Source: Eledone cirrhosa (Eukaryota). From it: a DNA stretch of 64,000 nucleotides. Where the stretch lies: assembly GCA_964016885.1 (NCBI GenBank), contig OZ024743.1, positions 315,828,001 through 315,892,000 of the forward strand, in the 5' to 3' direction. Positions 1-11,060 of the stretch are shown one piece after another (position 1 is the stretch's first letter; each line of letters begins with the position of its first letter). The translations under genes and the position numbers were made by a program. The notes beneath the pieces are model-generated. The model worked only from the letters and a program-made list of their open reading frames with translations, was not told the DNA's origin and ran no database searches.

Positions 1-1445
1 GTCTGTTTACGTTTTGTAGTAGGTGTTTTGTTTTCAGGAGGGGGTGTTTTTGTTTGTGCTGTTGCGTCGCTTGTGTTGGTGTTTGTGTGTTTGTTGCATT
101 TTTGTTTGTGTCATGTCTTTTCTTTTTTCTTTTTACTGGTCGGAAAGGCTCTCCCTCATCGTCACTGGGTGACGATGATGAGGCCTCATCCGTGTTGTTG
201 GGGAGCTGTTATGTGTGGGTGTTTCTGGAGTTGTTTTAGGTGGGGAAGGGTTGGGTGGGACTGTGTTTGTCGTTTGTTTTGTTGTTGTTGTTGTTGTTGT
301 TGCTGTGGTGGTGGTGGTGGTGGTGGTTGTGATTGTTGTGCTGGTGTTATAGGTGTTGGCAGTAATGCCTTTTTGGGGCTAGTTAGCCGAGGACAGGAAG
401 CTCTCAGGTGACCACTGCTTAGGCAGTGGTAACATGAGGGCCGCTTACCTTCGACCGGAATGTTTATGTATATAAGTCCATCCAGCAGCACACGTTCCGG
501 GATCCTAGCTATTCGTTCTGGTGTCATTTGGACCAGAATTTCCAGGCTAGTTCCGCTGAACAGGTCGCCGGAGGACTTACCTACCAAATACTATTGTCTT
601 TTTCTAGGTTTAAAAATCCACATAGTACCCACCAAATATCAATATTTGGTGTGATACTTTAGATTTTTATTTTGTGTGTTCTTTTCCCCGTGTAAGTGGG
701 GAAAAAGGTGAACAACGGTGAAACAATTGGCGACACAGAGTATTTCTGTGCCGTTAGTTGGTCTTTCATCAGAATGGATAAACTCCCGTAGAATCTACCC
801 TTCTGAATGAAAGCAATGTCTTTTGAGGTATCTTCTAAAACCAACTCAATTTCGCCTTGTGAAAGTTAAGTCGGTTTTCGGGTTTTGTTTGAGACTGTCC
901 TGAAAACCAGTTTTCAAGGCAGCTTCTCTTCGCAAATCTGGGGGAAAGTTTATGGAGAATGATCCGTTCACCCCCAAAGTTATGTACTGTCTGGCGTTAT
1001 TCAAAAGCTCATTTGCATTTGAAATATCTACCGGAGTGTAGCTTACCGTTTTCTTTACGGTTTGCGCAAACGATATTTTGTCGTTTACTTCCTTGTTGCA
1101 GTTATTGGTCTTGTTGTTGTTGTTATTGTTATAGTTGTTGGTGTTGTTTTCGTTCGTAGCATTGTTGTTGCTGTTGTTGCTGGTGCCGCTGGTTGTGTTG
1201 TTTTTGTTCATTGTTTCACACTTTTGGTTTCTTGCCATTTTTTTTAAAATGTTAGATTTTCCCCAAAAAAACATTTGTGAACTATTTCGCCTAAAGGCGT
1301 AGAATATTTTGAGAGACTGACCAGATCAAAATTTGACCTGGCAGTCCCTCTACAAATTGGTATAAAACTGAAGGTATACAGTTAGTAATTTCTATAGAAA
1401 TTTAGGCAGAATTTACCCAGCAAGTTTCACGCGTGTGTCCATCCC
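1..1445 (-). mobile_element. Tx1/L1-clade LINE copy A: 5' UTR and ORF1; runs off the left edge
   Basis: Gag-like ORF1 pieces with a CCHC knuckle. Bases ~1-40 resemble the 5'-truncated end of copy B (~5580-5617). The 5' end abuts (GATA)n. Confidence 0.75.
186..1274 (-). pseudogene. Disrupted ORF1 (gag-like nucleic-acid-binding protein)
   Basis: ORF pieces 846-1274, 659-844 and 186-587 are broken by stops or frameshifts. Zinc knuckle CYHCLSSGHLRASC is followed by a Pro/Gln-rich tail. Confidence 0.7.
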
Positions 1446-1522
<77 letters not shown>

Positions 1523-1523
1523 T
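1446..1523. repeat. (GATA)n microsatellite between LINE copies A and B
   Basis: Direct reading. Confidence 0.95.
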
Positions 1524-1775
1524 ATTTCTTTATTAGCCACAGGGGCACAAAAGAAGGGGACAAATACAAAGGGGGAAGTTTACATACAATAAAAACGTGT
1601 AAAATGTTATCACAAATGGAATTTAAAAAGTTAGTCGATTTTCCCCAATAGAGGGAGACAGTTTATATGGGTAACACATACCCCCGAAAAAAAATGTGCA
1701 ACCCTCATCTCCAGGAGTACGAAGAGCTTGTACTCCTTTCCTCTCCTCCTCCTTTTCCTCAACCTTTTCCTCAAC

Positions 1776-4700
1776 CTACATCCTGATTCTTCTTCCAAAG
1801 TGGTATTTGAAAAAAAGAATCAGTTGTTGGCCGGAGAGAAAGGTGTCTGACCTCAGCCCTTTCAACCTTGTCCACCATACAACCTCTTTCGCCATAGCTA
1901 TCACACAAAGGAAAACCGCCTCTCCTTCGTTTTTGAAGGAGGGTGGCGGTTTGATCATGACAATGGACTCGGTGGTCAACTGGATTGGTCCCACCCGCGA
2001 CAATAGTCGTTCTACATAGCCCCACAGGTCAGTGACGCCCGGGCAGTGTATGAATGCGTGCGCGACGGTTTCTTCGTCTCGCACGCACCTCGGACAGATC
2101 TTTTTTGCAGGGTCCCTGCCCGGGCGCCCATGTCTGTAGAGCTTGTCTCGAACTGGTAGAGCTCCTCGGTAGCACTGCCAGGCCAGGGACTTTTGGAAGT
2201 TGTCCATCGGTCCCGGGCGGAAGGTCCTACCGAACAGACTGGCCAGTTCATCTTCCTCTACGCCTAGAGTTTCACCGAGCGCGTCGTCGCACTTGCTGCG
2301 GACCAACTCTCTATAGAATGACGAAGTGGAGTCTCCACTGATCGCCGGGTCCGCCTGCCAGAGGGCTGTGAGCGCCTGAGCACATTCGATGTGCCAGTCG
2401 CACATTTTCCTCGGTCTTTGCTTGAACCAGGACTGCAGCTCGGTCAGCGAGACGAGTAGTGGGAAGGCTCGCCTCACGAACGGGGCCCACACCGGTTGTC
2501 CGGTGAGGAATACGTAGAGATGCCGCAGCCTGAGCGCGTGTTTGCGCATCGTCAACCACGGCATCCCTAGCCCTCCGTTAGTAGGGTGTTGGCAGCAGAT
2601 GGATCTTCTCACCAAAGGAGCCCGCCTCTTCCAAAGGAATCGGAAGAGCGCGCGCTCCATTTTGGCGAGCGTTTTGGCTGGACAAGGCACGACGGTCAAG
2701 CGGTAGTAGATGGCGGACGCTATAAAAGTGTTCGCCACCTCCGCTCGACCTTTCAAGGATAGTTTGCACTCGGCCCACTTCTGGGTGAGTGCAAACACCT
2801 TGGCCGTCACTTCGTTCCAGTTCTTCTCCACCTGGAGGTCCGGACCAAACCAGACCCCGAGCAGCTTTACCGGTCCTTCCGTCCAGCGTCCGACGACGCC
2901 ATCGGAAGGCATCGGTCTGCCTCTCCACGATCCGAGTTGCAAACCGATGGACTTGTCTCGGTTCAGCTTCGCTCCTGTGAGACTTTCGTATTCCTTTAGT
3001 AAGGTGCCGACTTCCTCGATTTGCGAGGCGCTCGACACCATTACTGTCACGTCATCGGCGTAGGCCGACGCCGCTTTCCGCAGTCCCGGTTCCAGAGGGA
3101 TGCCCTGCAATAGCTCCAGCTTCCGCAGTTGTGGCTCGAGAGTCAGTACGTACAGAAGGGAGGAGAGAGAGCATCCCTGTCGAATGGATCGCGTAATATG
3201 GAACGGCTCCGAGAGGTAGCCGTTCACCTTGACCCTTGAGCAGATGTTGCTGTTGTGCATTGCAGCAATCCAGCCCCTGAACACGGGTCCGAAGCCTGCC
3301 GCCTCGAGCACCGCATCCAGGTAACGATGGTCAACCCTATCGAAAGCCTTAGACTGATCCAAGTTGATCAGGGCCCCACCGAAGCCGGGTTTACACCCTA
3401 CCCTCTCTATGATGTATCGCATGAGGTGGAGGTTGTCGTGTATGGACCTAGTCGGGATTGCGCATGTCTGCGCTTCTCCCACCAGATTCTCGACGACAAG
3501 CGCCAGCCTCTTTGCCAACACCTTGGCCAAAATCTGTAACTCTGTGTTTAGCAGAGTTATGGGCCGGAAGTTGCCTATGTCATCCCCCTTATTCTCGTCC
3601 TTCCTGATTAGTGTGACCACGCCCCCGGTTACAGAACTGGGAATTCTCCCGTTCTGTTGCCAGTTGCAGTAGACCGCTTCCAGGAGACCGGAGAATAAGT
3701 CCGGCATTGCTACGTAAAATTCGTAGGGTAGACCGTTGAGACCTGGAGATTTGCGTTTGCCGCATTGGCTCAGCGCGTCCCCTATCTCAGTGGCTGAAAT
3801 CGGCTTTTCGCAGAACTTTGCCTCGCTGTCCGAGAGTCGCGGTAGGCTGTCTAGGTGTGGACCGAAATCCATAGCCTCTCCCGGCGCGCCGCTCCCCCCG
3901 AACAGCCGAGCAAAGTGCCGCTGAAAAGCCGCACACATCTTCTTCGGCTCACGTATCACGCGTCCGTTTTGGTCCTTCAAAGACCGAATCGTGGACTTGT
4001 TGCCACTTTTTGCCTCCGTCACTCGGGCCCAGCTAACAGCTTTGGCTCCCTCGTTTCCCAAAGCACGTATTTTACTTCTGACAACGCAGCCCTCGTGCTT
4101 TGCGTCGAAGAACTTGTCCAAGGCCGTTCTCGTTGCTAGCACGCTGGCTACGTTGCCACTTCTAATTGCCTCTTCTACTTTATCTACCAGTTCCTTCTCG
4201 GTTCTATTTCTATCTAACGCTAATTCTTTACTAAAAACTATCGAGTCTAATCTAACTGCCCTCTTGAGAGAGTACCACCATCTGTTGTTGACAATGGCCC
4301 CTGTCAAGTGCTGTTTAACTAAAGTGCTAATCCGTCTACTGTAGGCTTTGCTTGTCGGTAACGACAAGTTCAGCTTCCAGTAGCCGGGTCCTTGTCTATG
4401 GGTTCTATCAAGGTTGGCCATGCAGGTCACTAGTTTGTGATCTGAATAGGCAACCATGAACATTTGTGGACAGCTTAACATGTCCCTATCCTTATTTCTA
4501 ACTAGAACCCTATCTAGGTACGATCTAGATGTTCCGCTACGTTTACTCCACGTCCACAGTGGCGCAGTCGGAAAATCTAGTCGATATCTACCGGCCAGGT
4601 CAAATCGGTCGATTAACTGTTTGAGGCTGTTACACCCCCCTTTATCGGGACATGCTCCCACATAGTCCCAACGTGCATCTAGGATTCTATTCCAGTCCCC

Positions 4701-5117
4701 CACTAAAAGCAAGGAGCGGGACGTTCCCAGAAAAGTCTCTAGACGTTTGAAGAAGTCTGGCCGCGGTGTCCCGGATGGGGCATATGCGGCCACCAGTCTG
4801 AAGGCTCCACCTTTACAACCGTCAACGTCTAGGACCACCAGTCGACCCTCCGGGTCCAGATGTACTGTCTGTGTAACGAGGCCCAGGTGTTTCCGCAGCA
4901 AAACGGCAACTCCGCCCCCCCCCCCCGGTTGACAGAGAGATGCGTAGATCTCAAAGTCGTCGAAGATGGGGGCCAGCTGTCGCTCGCCGTGGATCCTGGA
5001 CTCGCAAATGGCTACCACATCCATACTGTGCGACCTGAGGTCGTTAAAGAGTTTGCCCTGTTTCCAGGGCATCCCCAGGCCGCGTACGTTCACACATCCA
5101 ACTCTTATATTGGCCAT
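1776..5117 (-). CDS. LINE ORF2: apurinic-like endonuclease, reverse transcriptase and C-terminal CCHC finger (Tx1-like), 1113 aa
   Basis: APE motifs NVRGL, GDWN, YLDRVLV, SDH. RT motifs FRPITLLN, DQSKAFDRVDH, IRQGCSLS, YADD, LLG. Finger CPRC..ETVAHAFIHC. Lacks the last 32 aa found in sister copies. Confidence 0.93.
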   Translation of the reverse strand: MANIRVGCVNVRGLGMPWKQGKLFNDLRSHSMDVVAICESRIHGERQLAPIFDDFEIYASLCQPGGGGGVAVLLRKHLGLVTQTVHLDPEGRLVVLDVDGCKGGAFRLVAAYAPSGTPRPDFFKRLETFLGTSRSLLLVGDWNRILDARWDYVGACPDKGGCNSLKQLIDRFDLAGRYRLDFPTAPLWTWSKRSGTSRSYLDRVLVRNKDRDMLSCPQMFMVAYSDHKLVTCMANLDRTHRQGPGYWKLNLSLPTSKAYSRRISTLVKQHLTGAIVNNRWWYSLKRAVRLDSIVFSKELALDRNRTEKELVDKVEEAIRSGNVASVLATRTALDKFFDAKHEGCVVRSKIRALGNEGAKAVSWARVTEAKSGNKSTIRSLKDQNGRVIREPKKMCAAFQRHFARLFGGSGAPGEAMDFGPHLDSLPRLSDSEAKFCEKPISATEIGDALSQCGKRKSPGLNGLPYEFYVAMPDLFSGLLEAVYCNWQQNGRIPSSVTGGVVTLIRKDENKGDDIGNFRPITLLNTELQILAKVLAKRLALVVENLVGEAQTCAIPTRSIHDNLHLMRYIIERVGCKPGFGGALINLDQSKAFDRVDHRYLDAVLEAAGFGPVFRGWIAAMHNSNICSRVKVNGYLSEPFHITRSIRQGCSLSSLLYVLTLEPQLRKLELLQGIPLEPGLRKAASAYADDVTVMVSSASQIEEVGTLLKEYESLTGAKLNRDKSIGLQLGSWRGRPMPSDGVVGRWTEGPVKLLGVWFGPDLQVEKNWNEVTAKVFALTQKWAECKLSLKGRAEVANTFIASAIYYRLTVVPCPAKTLAKMERALFRFLWKRRAPLVRRSICCQHPTNGGLGMPWLTMRKHALRLRHLYVFLTGQPVWAPFVRRAFPLLVSLTELQSWFKQRPRKMCDWHIECAQALTALWQADPAISGDSTSSFYRELVRSKCDDALGETLGVEEDELASLFGRTFRPGPMDNFQKSLAWQCYRGALPVRDKLYRHGRPGRDPAKKICPRCVRDEETVAHAFIHCPGVTDLWGYVERLLSRVGPIQLTTESIVMIKPPPSFKNEGEAVFLCVIAMAKEVVWWTRLKGLRSDTFLSGQQLILFFKYHFGRRIRM

Positions 5118-5150
5118 GTTGGTGCTGAAAAGTTAAAAGAGGAAAAGAGA

Positions 5151-5615
5151 TCACTCACCCTTCGCCTCCTGGGGACCAGGCCGCACGATTTCCATGGGGG
5201 TGTTGGAGGGGTTGTCTGGATGGGTGGTGGTTTCCGGCGGGGTGGGGATGCAGATGTTTGGTGGGGTGGGGTCTGGTGGGATGGGGGTGTCTGGGGTGGG
5301 GAGGCATTTGAGAAGGACGCGGTTGAGTGGTTTCACGCAGGAATTCCCCACATCCTTCTCAAATGTTTCTTTTAGGGACCTATAAGTTTGTATAGGGACC
5401 CTAATCAGTTTTAGGTTCAGTTTTTTGCTATTTTTAATAGAGTGGGCGAAGGTTTTCCCTTCGGTGAAAACCGAAGGGTCGTTTGTGATGGTCTCCATTA
5501 GTGTTTTGTTTTCAGTGTTTATGTAAGTGTAAGTGTAATTTTCTTGTGTTGTGTTTGTTTTTTTCTGTAGTTCTTGTGTGTGCTTTCGTTTTGTTGTAGG
5601 TATTTTGTTTTCAGG
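5151..5615 (-). pseudogene. C-terminal remnant of ORF1 of copy B
   Basis: Pro/Thr-rich frame (5151-5498) ending 33 bp before the ORF2 ATG; cut at (GATA)n. Confidence 0.6.

Positions 5616-5652
<37 letters not shown>
5616..5652. repeat. (GATA)n microsatellite between copies B and C
   Basis: Direct reading. Confidence 0.95.
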
Positions 5653-5653
<1 letters not shown>

Positions 5654-6566
5654 CTTTCTATTTATTTGCCACCAGGGCATCAAAGATTAGGACAAATACA
5701 AGAGGGGGAGTTTACATACAATTCAAGGGAAGTGTCAAAACATATAACAAATCAAATTCAACAATCGAAGTCCTCAATAGGGAGGGGACATTGACGTGGG
5801 TCGCACACACACCCGAAAAAAATGTGCAACCCTCCTCCTCAGAAGCACAAATAACGGGTGCTCCCTTCCTCTCCTCCTTCCTCTCCTCTCTCGCCTACAG
5901 GCTGATATAGAGAGAAGGCCCATTCACTCGGGCCATTCTCGCCACTTTCACCCACCTTTCATAAAACTTGCTGGGGTAGAGCACTTCTCTCTCTATTCTG
6001 ATCCTTCTTCTAAGATGGTACTTGAAAAAAAGGACCAGTTGTTTGCCGGAGAGAAAAGTGTCTGACCTCAGCCCTTTCAACCTTGTTCACCATACAACCT
6101 CTTTCGCCATAGCTGTCACACAGAGGAAAACCACCTCTCCCTCGTTTTTGAATGGGGGAGGCAGTTTGATCGTGACAATGTACTCGGTGGTCAACCGGAT
6201 TGGTCCCACCCGCGACAGTAGTCGTTCCACATAGCCCCACAGGTCAGCAACGCCCGGGCAGTGTACGAATGCGTGCACGACAGTTTCCTCGTCACGCACG
6301 CATCTCGGACAGATCTTCTTCGAGGGGTCCCTACCCGGGCGCCCGTGTCTGTAGAGCTTGTCCAGAACGGATAGAGCTCCTCGGTAGCACTTCCAAACCA
6401 GGGACTTTTGGAAGTTGTCCATCGGTCCCGGGCCAAAGTCCTACCGAACAGACTGGCTAGCTCGTCAAACACGACAAATAACAAATTACTTAAACAGACC
6501 TACCGCTTCTCGTAATGAATTCCGACAAAATGCAGGAGCGAAGCAAAAACACGTCTATCTTCTCCG
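5653..6566 (-). mobile_element. Tx1-like copy C: 3' end of ORF2 and 3' UTR fused to a ~100-bp leader
   Basis: 5895-6465 is homologous to the ORF2 C-terminus of B, with a stop; homology ends at ~6465. (GATA)n follows at 6567-6586. Confidence 0.85.
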
Positions 6567-7302
6567 AGATAGATAGATAGATAGATGAATGAAAAGGGGT
6601 GGAAATACATGGTGTGGTTCAGTTGGATTAATGCGGAACACATTATATCAAATCTATATGATATCTACACATCTATATGACTTTTTCCTATCTTCCATTG
6701 CCGGCGGAATATCATTTTTCTATTAAACTGGGTATTTTATTGTCCCTACTTTTGTAATTCTTGATGTTGTTGTTTTCTCAACATTGTATTTCTGTGTTGT
6801 CAGCCATGATGTAGTGTTATGGAAAGCACTCAACGTAATGCAACCACCCGTCTTCGTTTGTGTAGTTGGTGGTGCGAGTACGGAGTTGATTATTACAAAA
6901 TAACAGGAGGCAAGTTCTGGTGTAAATCCTTGAAAGGATTATTTTACTATGATCATTTCAATGACCGGGTTCAGTATGAATCCCGTGACATCATCGGGTA
7001 ATTCAAAATATAACGAAGGAATATATCAGATTAAAGTTTTTGGTGTTTAAATCAGAGACAAGAGGGCGGCCGGTATTTTAGCGACTTGTATCTACGTCGA
7101 CCGCCCTCATCAGATAAAATAAGATGATGCATGACATACCTTGACTAAGTAGATGGTTAAAATTCAGTCATGGCAGTGAATAAGATAGGACAAAACTTAA
7201 TATTTATATACCTTAAGATTGAGACATGAAAAAATTACATATAATAATGTATTGTAAAACTTTATTCATTGATTTATTCATTGAACCTTGTTTAACCTTT
7301 AA

Positions 7303-7366
<64 letters not shown>

Positions 7367-7547
7367 TGTGCAGTTTCGTGGTACTGCACTATTTATATAT
7401 ACATATATATATATATAAGCATCAATAAATAGTGCAGTACCACCTTAATGCACGAAACTGCACTGCCAGCAAGGTTACTGAGGAAGTAATGATGCATGTG
7501 TCTGTTCGTGTTATGTAACTGTTGGCATTCTCTGCCGATGCCATATT

Positions 7548-7585
<38 letters not shown>

Positions 7586-8115
7586 CGCGCGTGAGAGTAC
7601 GTGTATGTGTGCGTGTGTGTGTGTGTGCGTGTGTGTGCGTGCAGGTGGGTGTATGTCTTTATTTATGCTACAATGGAATTTATTCATCTGTCTCGCGTAC
7701 GCGCTTTTAAGCTGCTTTCATTGTCACCAAAACACAGTATTCTATCTGACACCAGTTGAGATGTTGTTTTACACTGATGGGGTTCCGGTTTCGAGCCTCG
7801 TACATGGTTTCTTGTCTATTCATCTTTATCATAGCTTAGGCTTTGCCCAAACTTTGACAGTGAAATTGAGTAGACGGAAATTCTGTAGAAGCCCGTTGGG
7901 TGGAATATACTTGTAATTCAAAGGTTGAGCTTTATCACATAATTTGTCACACTGATTCAGCTTGATGATTACGTTCAGGCTACACTTTACCATGGAATAC
8001 TCAACCCCTTAGTTATTAATTCCTGAGCTGGATGTTAGTTTAATGATCCACTGGAACACTCATCATGGAGGTTCATTTACCTTTATCTTTACAATTGTCT
8101 ATGGAAAACCCAACC

Positions 8116-8432
8116 ATTTACACGTTAATTTCCAAGTCAGACTTTGAGATGATCGAACTACTGGAACCCCGATCGTCTCCCCGGACGGAGAACCATTTAC
8201 TTTTACTTTTACGTATGTATGTGGAATAATCAACCATGTACACGTTAATTTGCATGGTGGAGGTTGAGCTGGTCAAACAACTGAAACACACATCGTCTAC
8301 ATTGACGGAGGACCATTTAACTTTACCTTTACCCTTGTCTCTTGAATACTCAATCACTTACACATCAATTTCCGATATGGACGTCAATTTGATCGAACAT
8401 CTAAAAAACTCACCGTCGAAAATGACGGAGAA
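8116..8432. repeat. Three diverged ~120-bp tandem units
   Basis: Recurring TACACGTTAATTT...GATCGAAC...ACGGAGAACCA at ~8119, ~8239 and ~8359. Confidence 0.6.
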
Positions 8433-9094
8433 TCCACCACCATCATCACCATCATCTTATTTCAATGTATGCTTTATCGACCATAAGCCGTATGAGCCAT
8501 GTCGGAAGAGTGATTGTAAATGGATGAATGAAACATTATCCATTTCAAAAACGTTTTCGCAAGTAATTGTAAATGCATTTATCATATGGCATCAAGTACA
8601 GCAGCCAATTTCTTCGTCTCATGAAAACACGACCTTAACATTATACAAGATACTCAATCGATCTAGAATAAATATCATCCTGTCAGCATTCGTAAATATT
8701 TCCGTTAACAATTCTTAACGTGTATGCCATTCATAATTAAGGTTTTTTTTAATAAATAACAAGCAACGAGTCGTTGAAAGTAGATATTGTTTTGACAGGC
8801 CATGTCAAACATAATATCGTATTTCAAACAACAGGCAAATAAGTTTTGAGTATAGCAGTGGTCTTTATTACTTTCCGTGTTAATATATCTTAAATATTAT
8901 TATCTACATGCAATGACCAACTTGTTATTGGCACTCAATTTATAGATATATGAAACAAATGTAAGTTAATAAATACATTATACTCCTGTGTACGTAAAGT
9001 ACACAGGACACAAATACGACACAGAGTATAAATAAATAAATAAAAATATGTATGTATGCACGTCTGTGTTTGTGTATATATATATATATATATA

Positions 9095-9280
9095 TAATTG
9101 TTTCTACTTTTGGCACAAGGCCAGCAATTAACCACTACATTACTGGTACTTTATTTTATCGACCCCGTAAGGATGAAAGGCAAAGTTAACCTATACGGGA
9201 TTTGAACTCAGACCGTAAAGGGACGTAACTATGCTAGAAAGCATGGCGTCCAACCCTCTACTGATACTGCCATTTCACCA
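9095..9280 (-). mobile_element. tRNA-derived SINE (cephalopod OK/OR-like)
   Basis: Reverse copy of the family at 19165-19355 (CTTTCATCCTTACGGGGTCGATAAAATAAAGTACCAGT). Confidence 0.75.
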
Positions 9281-9489
9281 TTTTATATATATAATGGCTG
9301 CATCTTGGTTTCGAGATTCGCCATGCCTTGACCTTCTCTCATACATCGGTGGCACCAACATGACTTTTTAACCTTTCTAGGGACTTAGTTTCCTTTCTGC
9401 ATACGTTGCAGAGAAATAAAAATAGAAAAGATCATACTCACGCAACATACATGAACATTGTTTAGACCAGGTGCTGCCTGTGCTTGAAG

Positions 9490-9533
<44 letters not shown>

Positions 9534-9620
9534 AAAGTTTTATTTAAAATTGTTGGGTTACAACGAGTAAATATTTTATAACTGATATAAAAGCACTCAA
9601 CAGTTTTTGGAGTAGGTTTA

Positions 9621-9890
9621 CGATATTAAACAAATGGAAACTATATTTATAAAACCATATTTATTTCGTTATATATATTTCTGGGATATCATATTAAAAA
9701 TATGGTATGCCTTCCTCAGACAAAATACAATATATAAGCTGTTTTATAAATAATTTTGACATACCTTAGAATAATGCAACTTCTGTATTTTGTCTGAGGA
9801 AGGCATACCATATTTTTAATATGATATCCCAGAAATATATATAACGAAATAAATATGGTTTTATAAATATAGTTTCCATTTGTTTAATAT

Positions 9891-9892
<2 letters not shown>
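9621..9892. repeat. Fold-back inverted repeat (arms ~109 bp) next to (TA)n
   Basis: 9621-9729 is the reverse complement of 9784-9892. A diverged single arm sits at ~38362-38500. Confidence 0.9.
9786..9851 (+). ncRNA. Candidate type I minimal hammerhead ribozyme (mirror copy at ~9662-9727, minus strand)
   Basis: TATTTTGT-CTGAGGA-imperfect stem II-GAAA-TATATA-TA-ACGAAATA; 8-bp stem I and a palindromic stem III. Confidence 0.55.
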
Positions 9893-9934
<42 letters not shown>

Positions 9935-10014
9935 TCACACACATACATACATTCATACATACATACATATATACATATATATATATATACATATATAAAT
10001 GTGTGTGTGTGTGT

Positions 10015-10143
<129 letters not shown>

Positions 10144-10152
10144 TGTGCGCGC

Positions 10153-10189
<37 letters not shown>

Positions 10190-10553
10190 TGCCAGTATTC
10201 CCAACGCGTGAAGTTATGTCTGCAGCGTCACGGTCCCTTCGCTACTCTTCCAGGGACATGCAAACAACATACCAACAGAAATACTTATTTCGTGGTACTC
10301 TTAAGTTAAATCGTATGAAACCACAATCGGTCTAAATGTAAAAATGAGTGTGTGACCTTGACTCATCAATTTTCTTCCTTTTCTTCTTTCTTCCTATCAC
10401 TTCTGTGGGCCAACACACGTCTAGTTGCTGATTTTTGTCCTATGAGGTAAATTTTACCCGACTCTGTCATTGAGGATATTTTGCTCTCTGTTAACAGCTT
10501 CATTGCGTTGAGGTCTCCTCATTATTCTATGAATATATATATATCTGTGTGTG

Positions 10554-10686
10554 TGTTTTAATATTGAAATGGCTTCTACAGGACTAGAACTGTTTCTTTC
10601 GAAGGAAATCATCAGGAAAGTTTCCTGGTGATTTCCTTCGAATGAAACAGTTCTAGTCCCGTAGAAGCCATTTCTATATTAAACAC
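10554..10686. repeat. Near-perfect ~130-bp hairpin
   Basis: Arms ~63 bp around a centre at ~10619-10620. A decayed relative lies at ~12311-12385. Confidence 0.9.
10573..10619 (-). ncRNA. Candidate type I hammerhead ribozyme
   Basis: Minus strand reads TTTC-CTGATGA-TTTC CTTC GAAA-GAA-ACAG TTCTAGTC CTGT-A-GAAG: all three stems and an intact core. The mirror arm is mutated (CTGGTGA). Confidence 0.7.
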
Positions 10687-10808
10687 TTATACTCTGCTAT
10701 GTATTGAGTACCTTACTTACTGTGGTTATCCCCGATCGAACCCGGGATATATACATACGCACACACACACACACGCACGCACACGCACACGCACACACAC
10801 ACACTCAC

Positions 10809-10913
<105 letters not shown>

Positions 10914-11060
10914 CAGTCGATCGACTTTCGTCAAATCGGACCGAGGAAATAATGTTTCCGTTGGTCTTTCAAATTGCTAATACTATCTAGCGATCGCAAC
11001 TCCAGGTAGAAGGAGCGACGTGAAATAAAGTGTCTCGCTCAAAGAAATATACATATATAT

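Larger units (their letters stand above)
1524..5616 (-). mobile_element. Tx1/L1-clade LINE copy B, 5'-truncated within ORF1
   Basis: 3' UTR ending AATAAAGAAATAT, full ORF2 and ORF1 C-terminus; (GATA)n on both sides. Confidence 0.9.

Noticed and set aside
1696-5385. Plus-strand ORFs overlapping LINE ORF2
   Set aside because: Antisense shadows of a GC-rich coding region.
6819-7001. 60-aa ATG ORF followed by a GT donor-like site
   Set aside because: No recognisable homology and no partner exon; may be chance.
7061-7118. GC hairpin with CTGATGA on the minus strand
   Set aside because: No GAAA follows the stem; at most a decayed motif.
7365-7500. Short inverted repeat around (TA)n with GAAAC and CTGAGGA pieces
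   Set aside because: The motif halves are in the wrong order and incomplete; not callable as a ribozyme.
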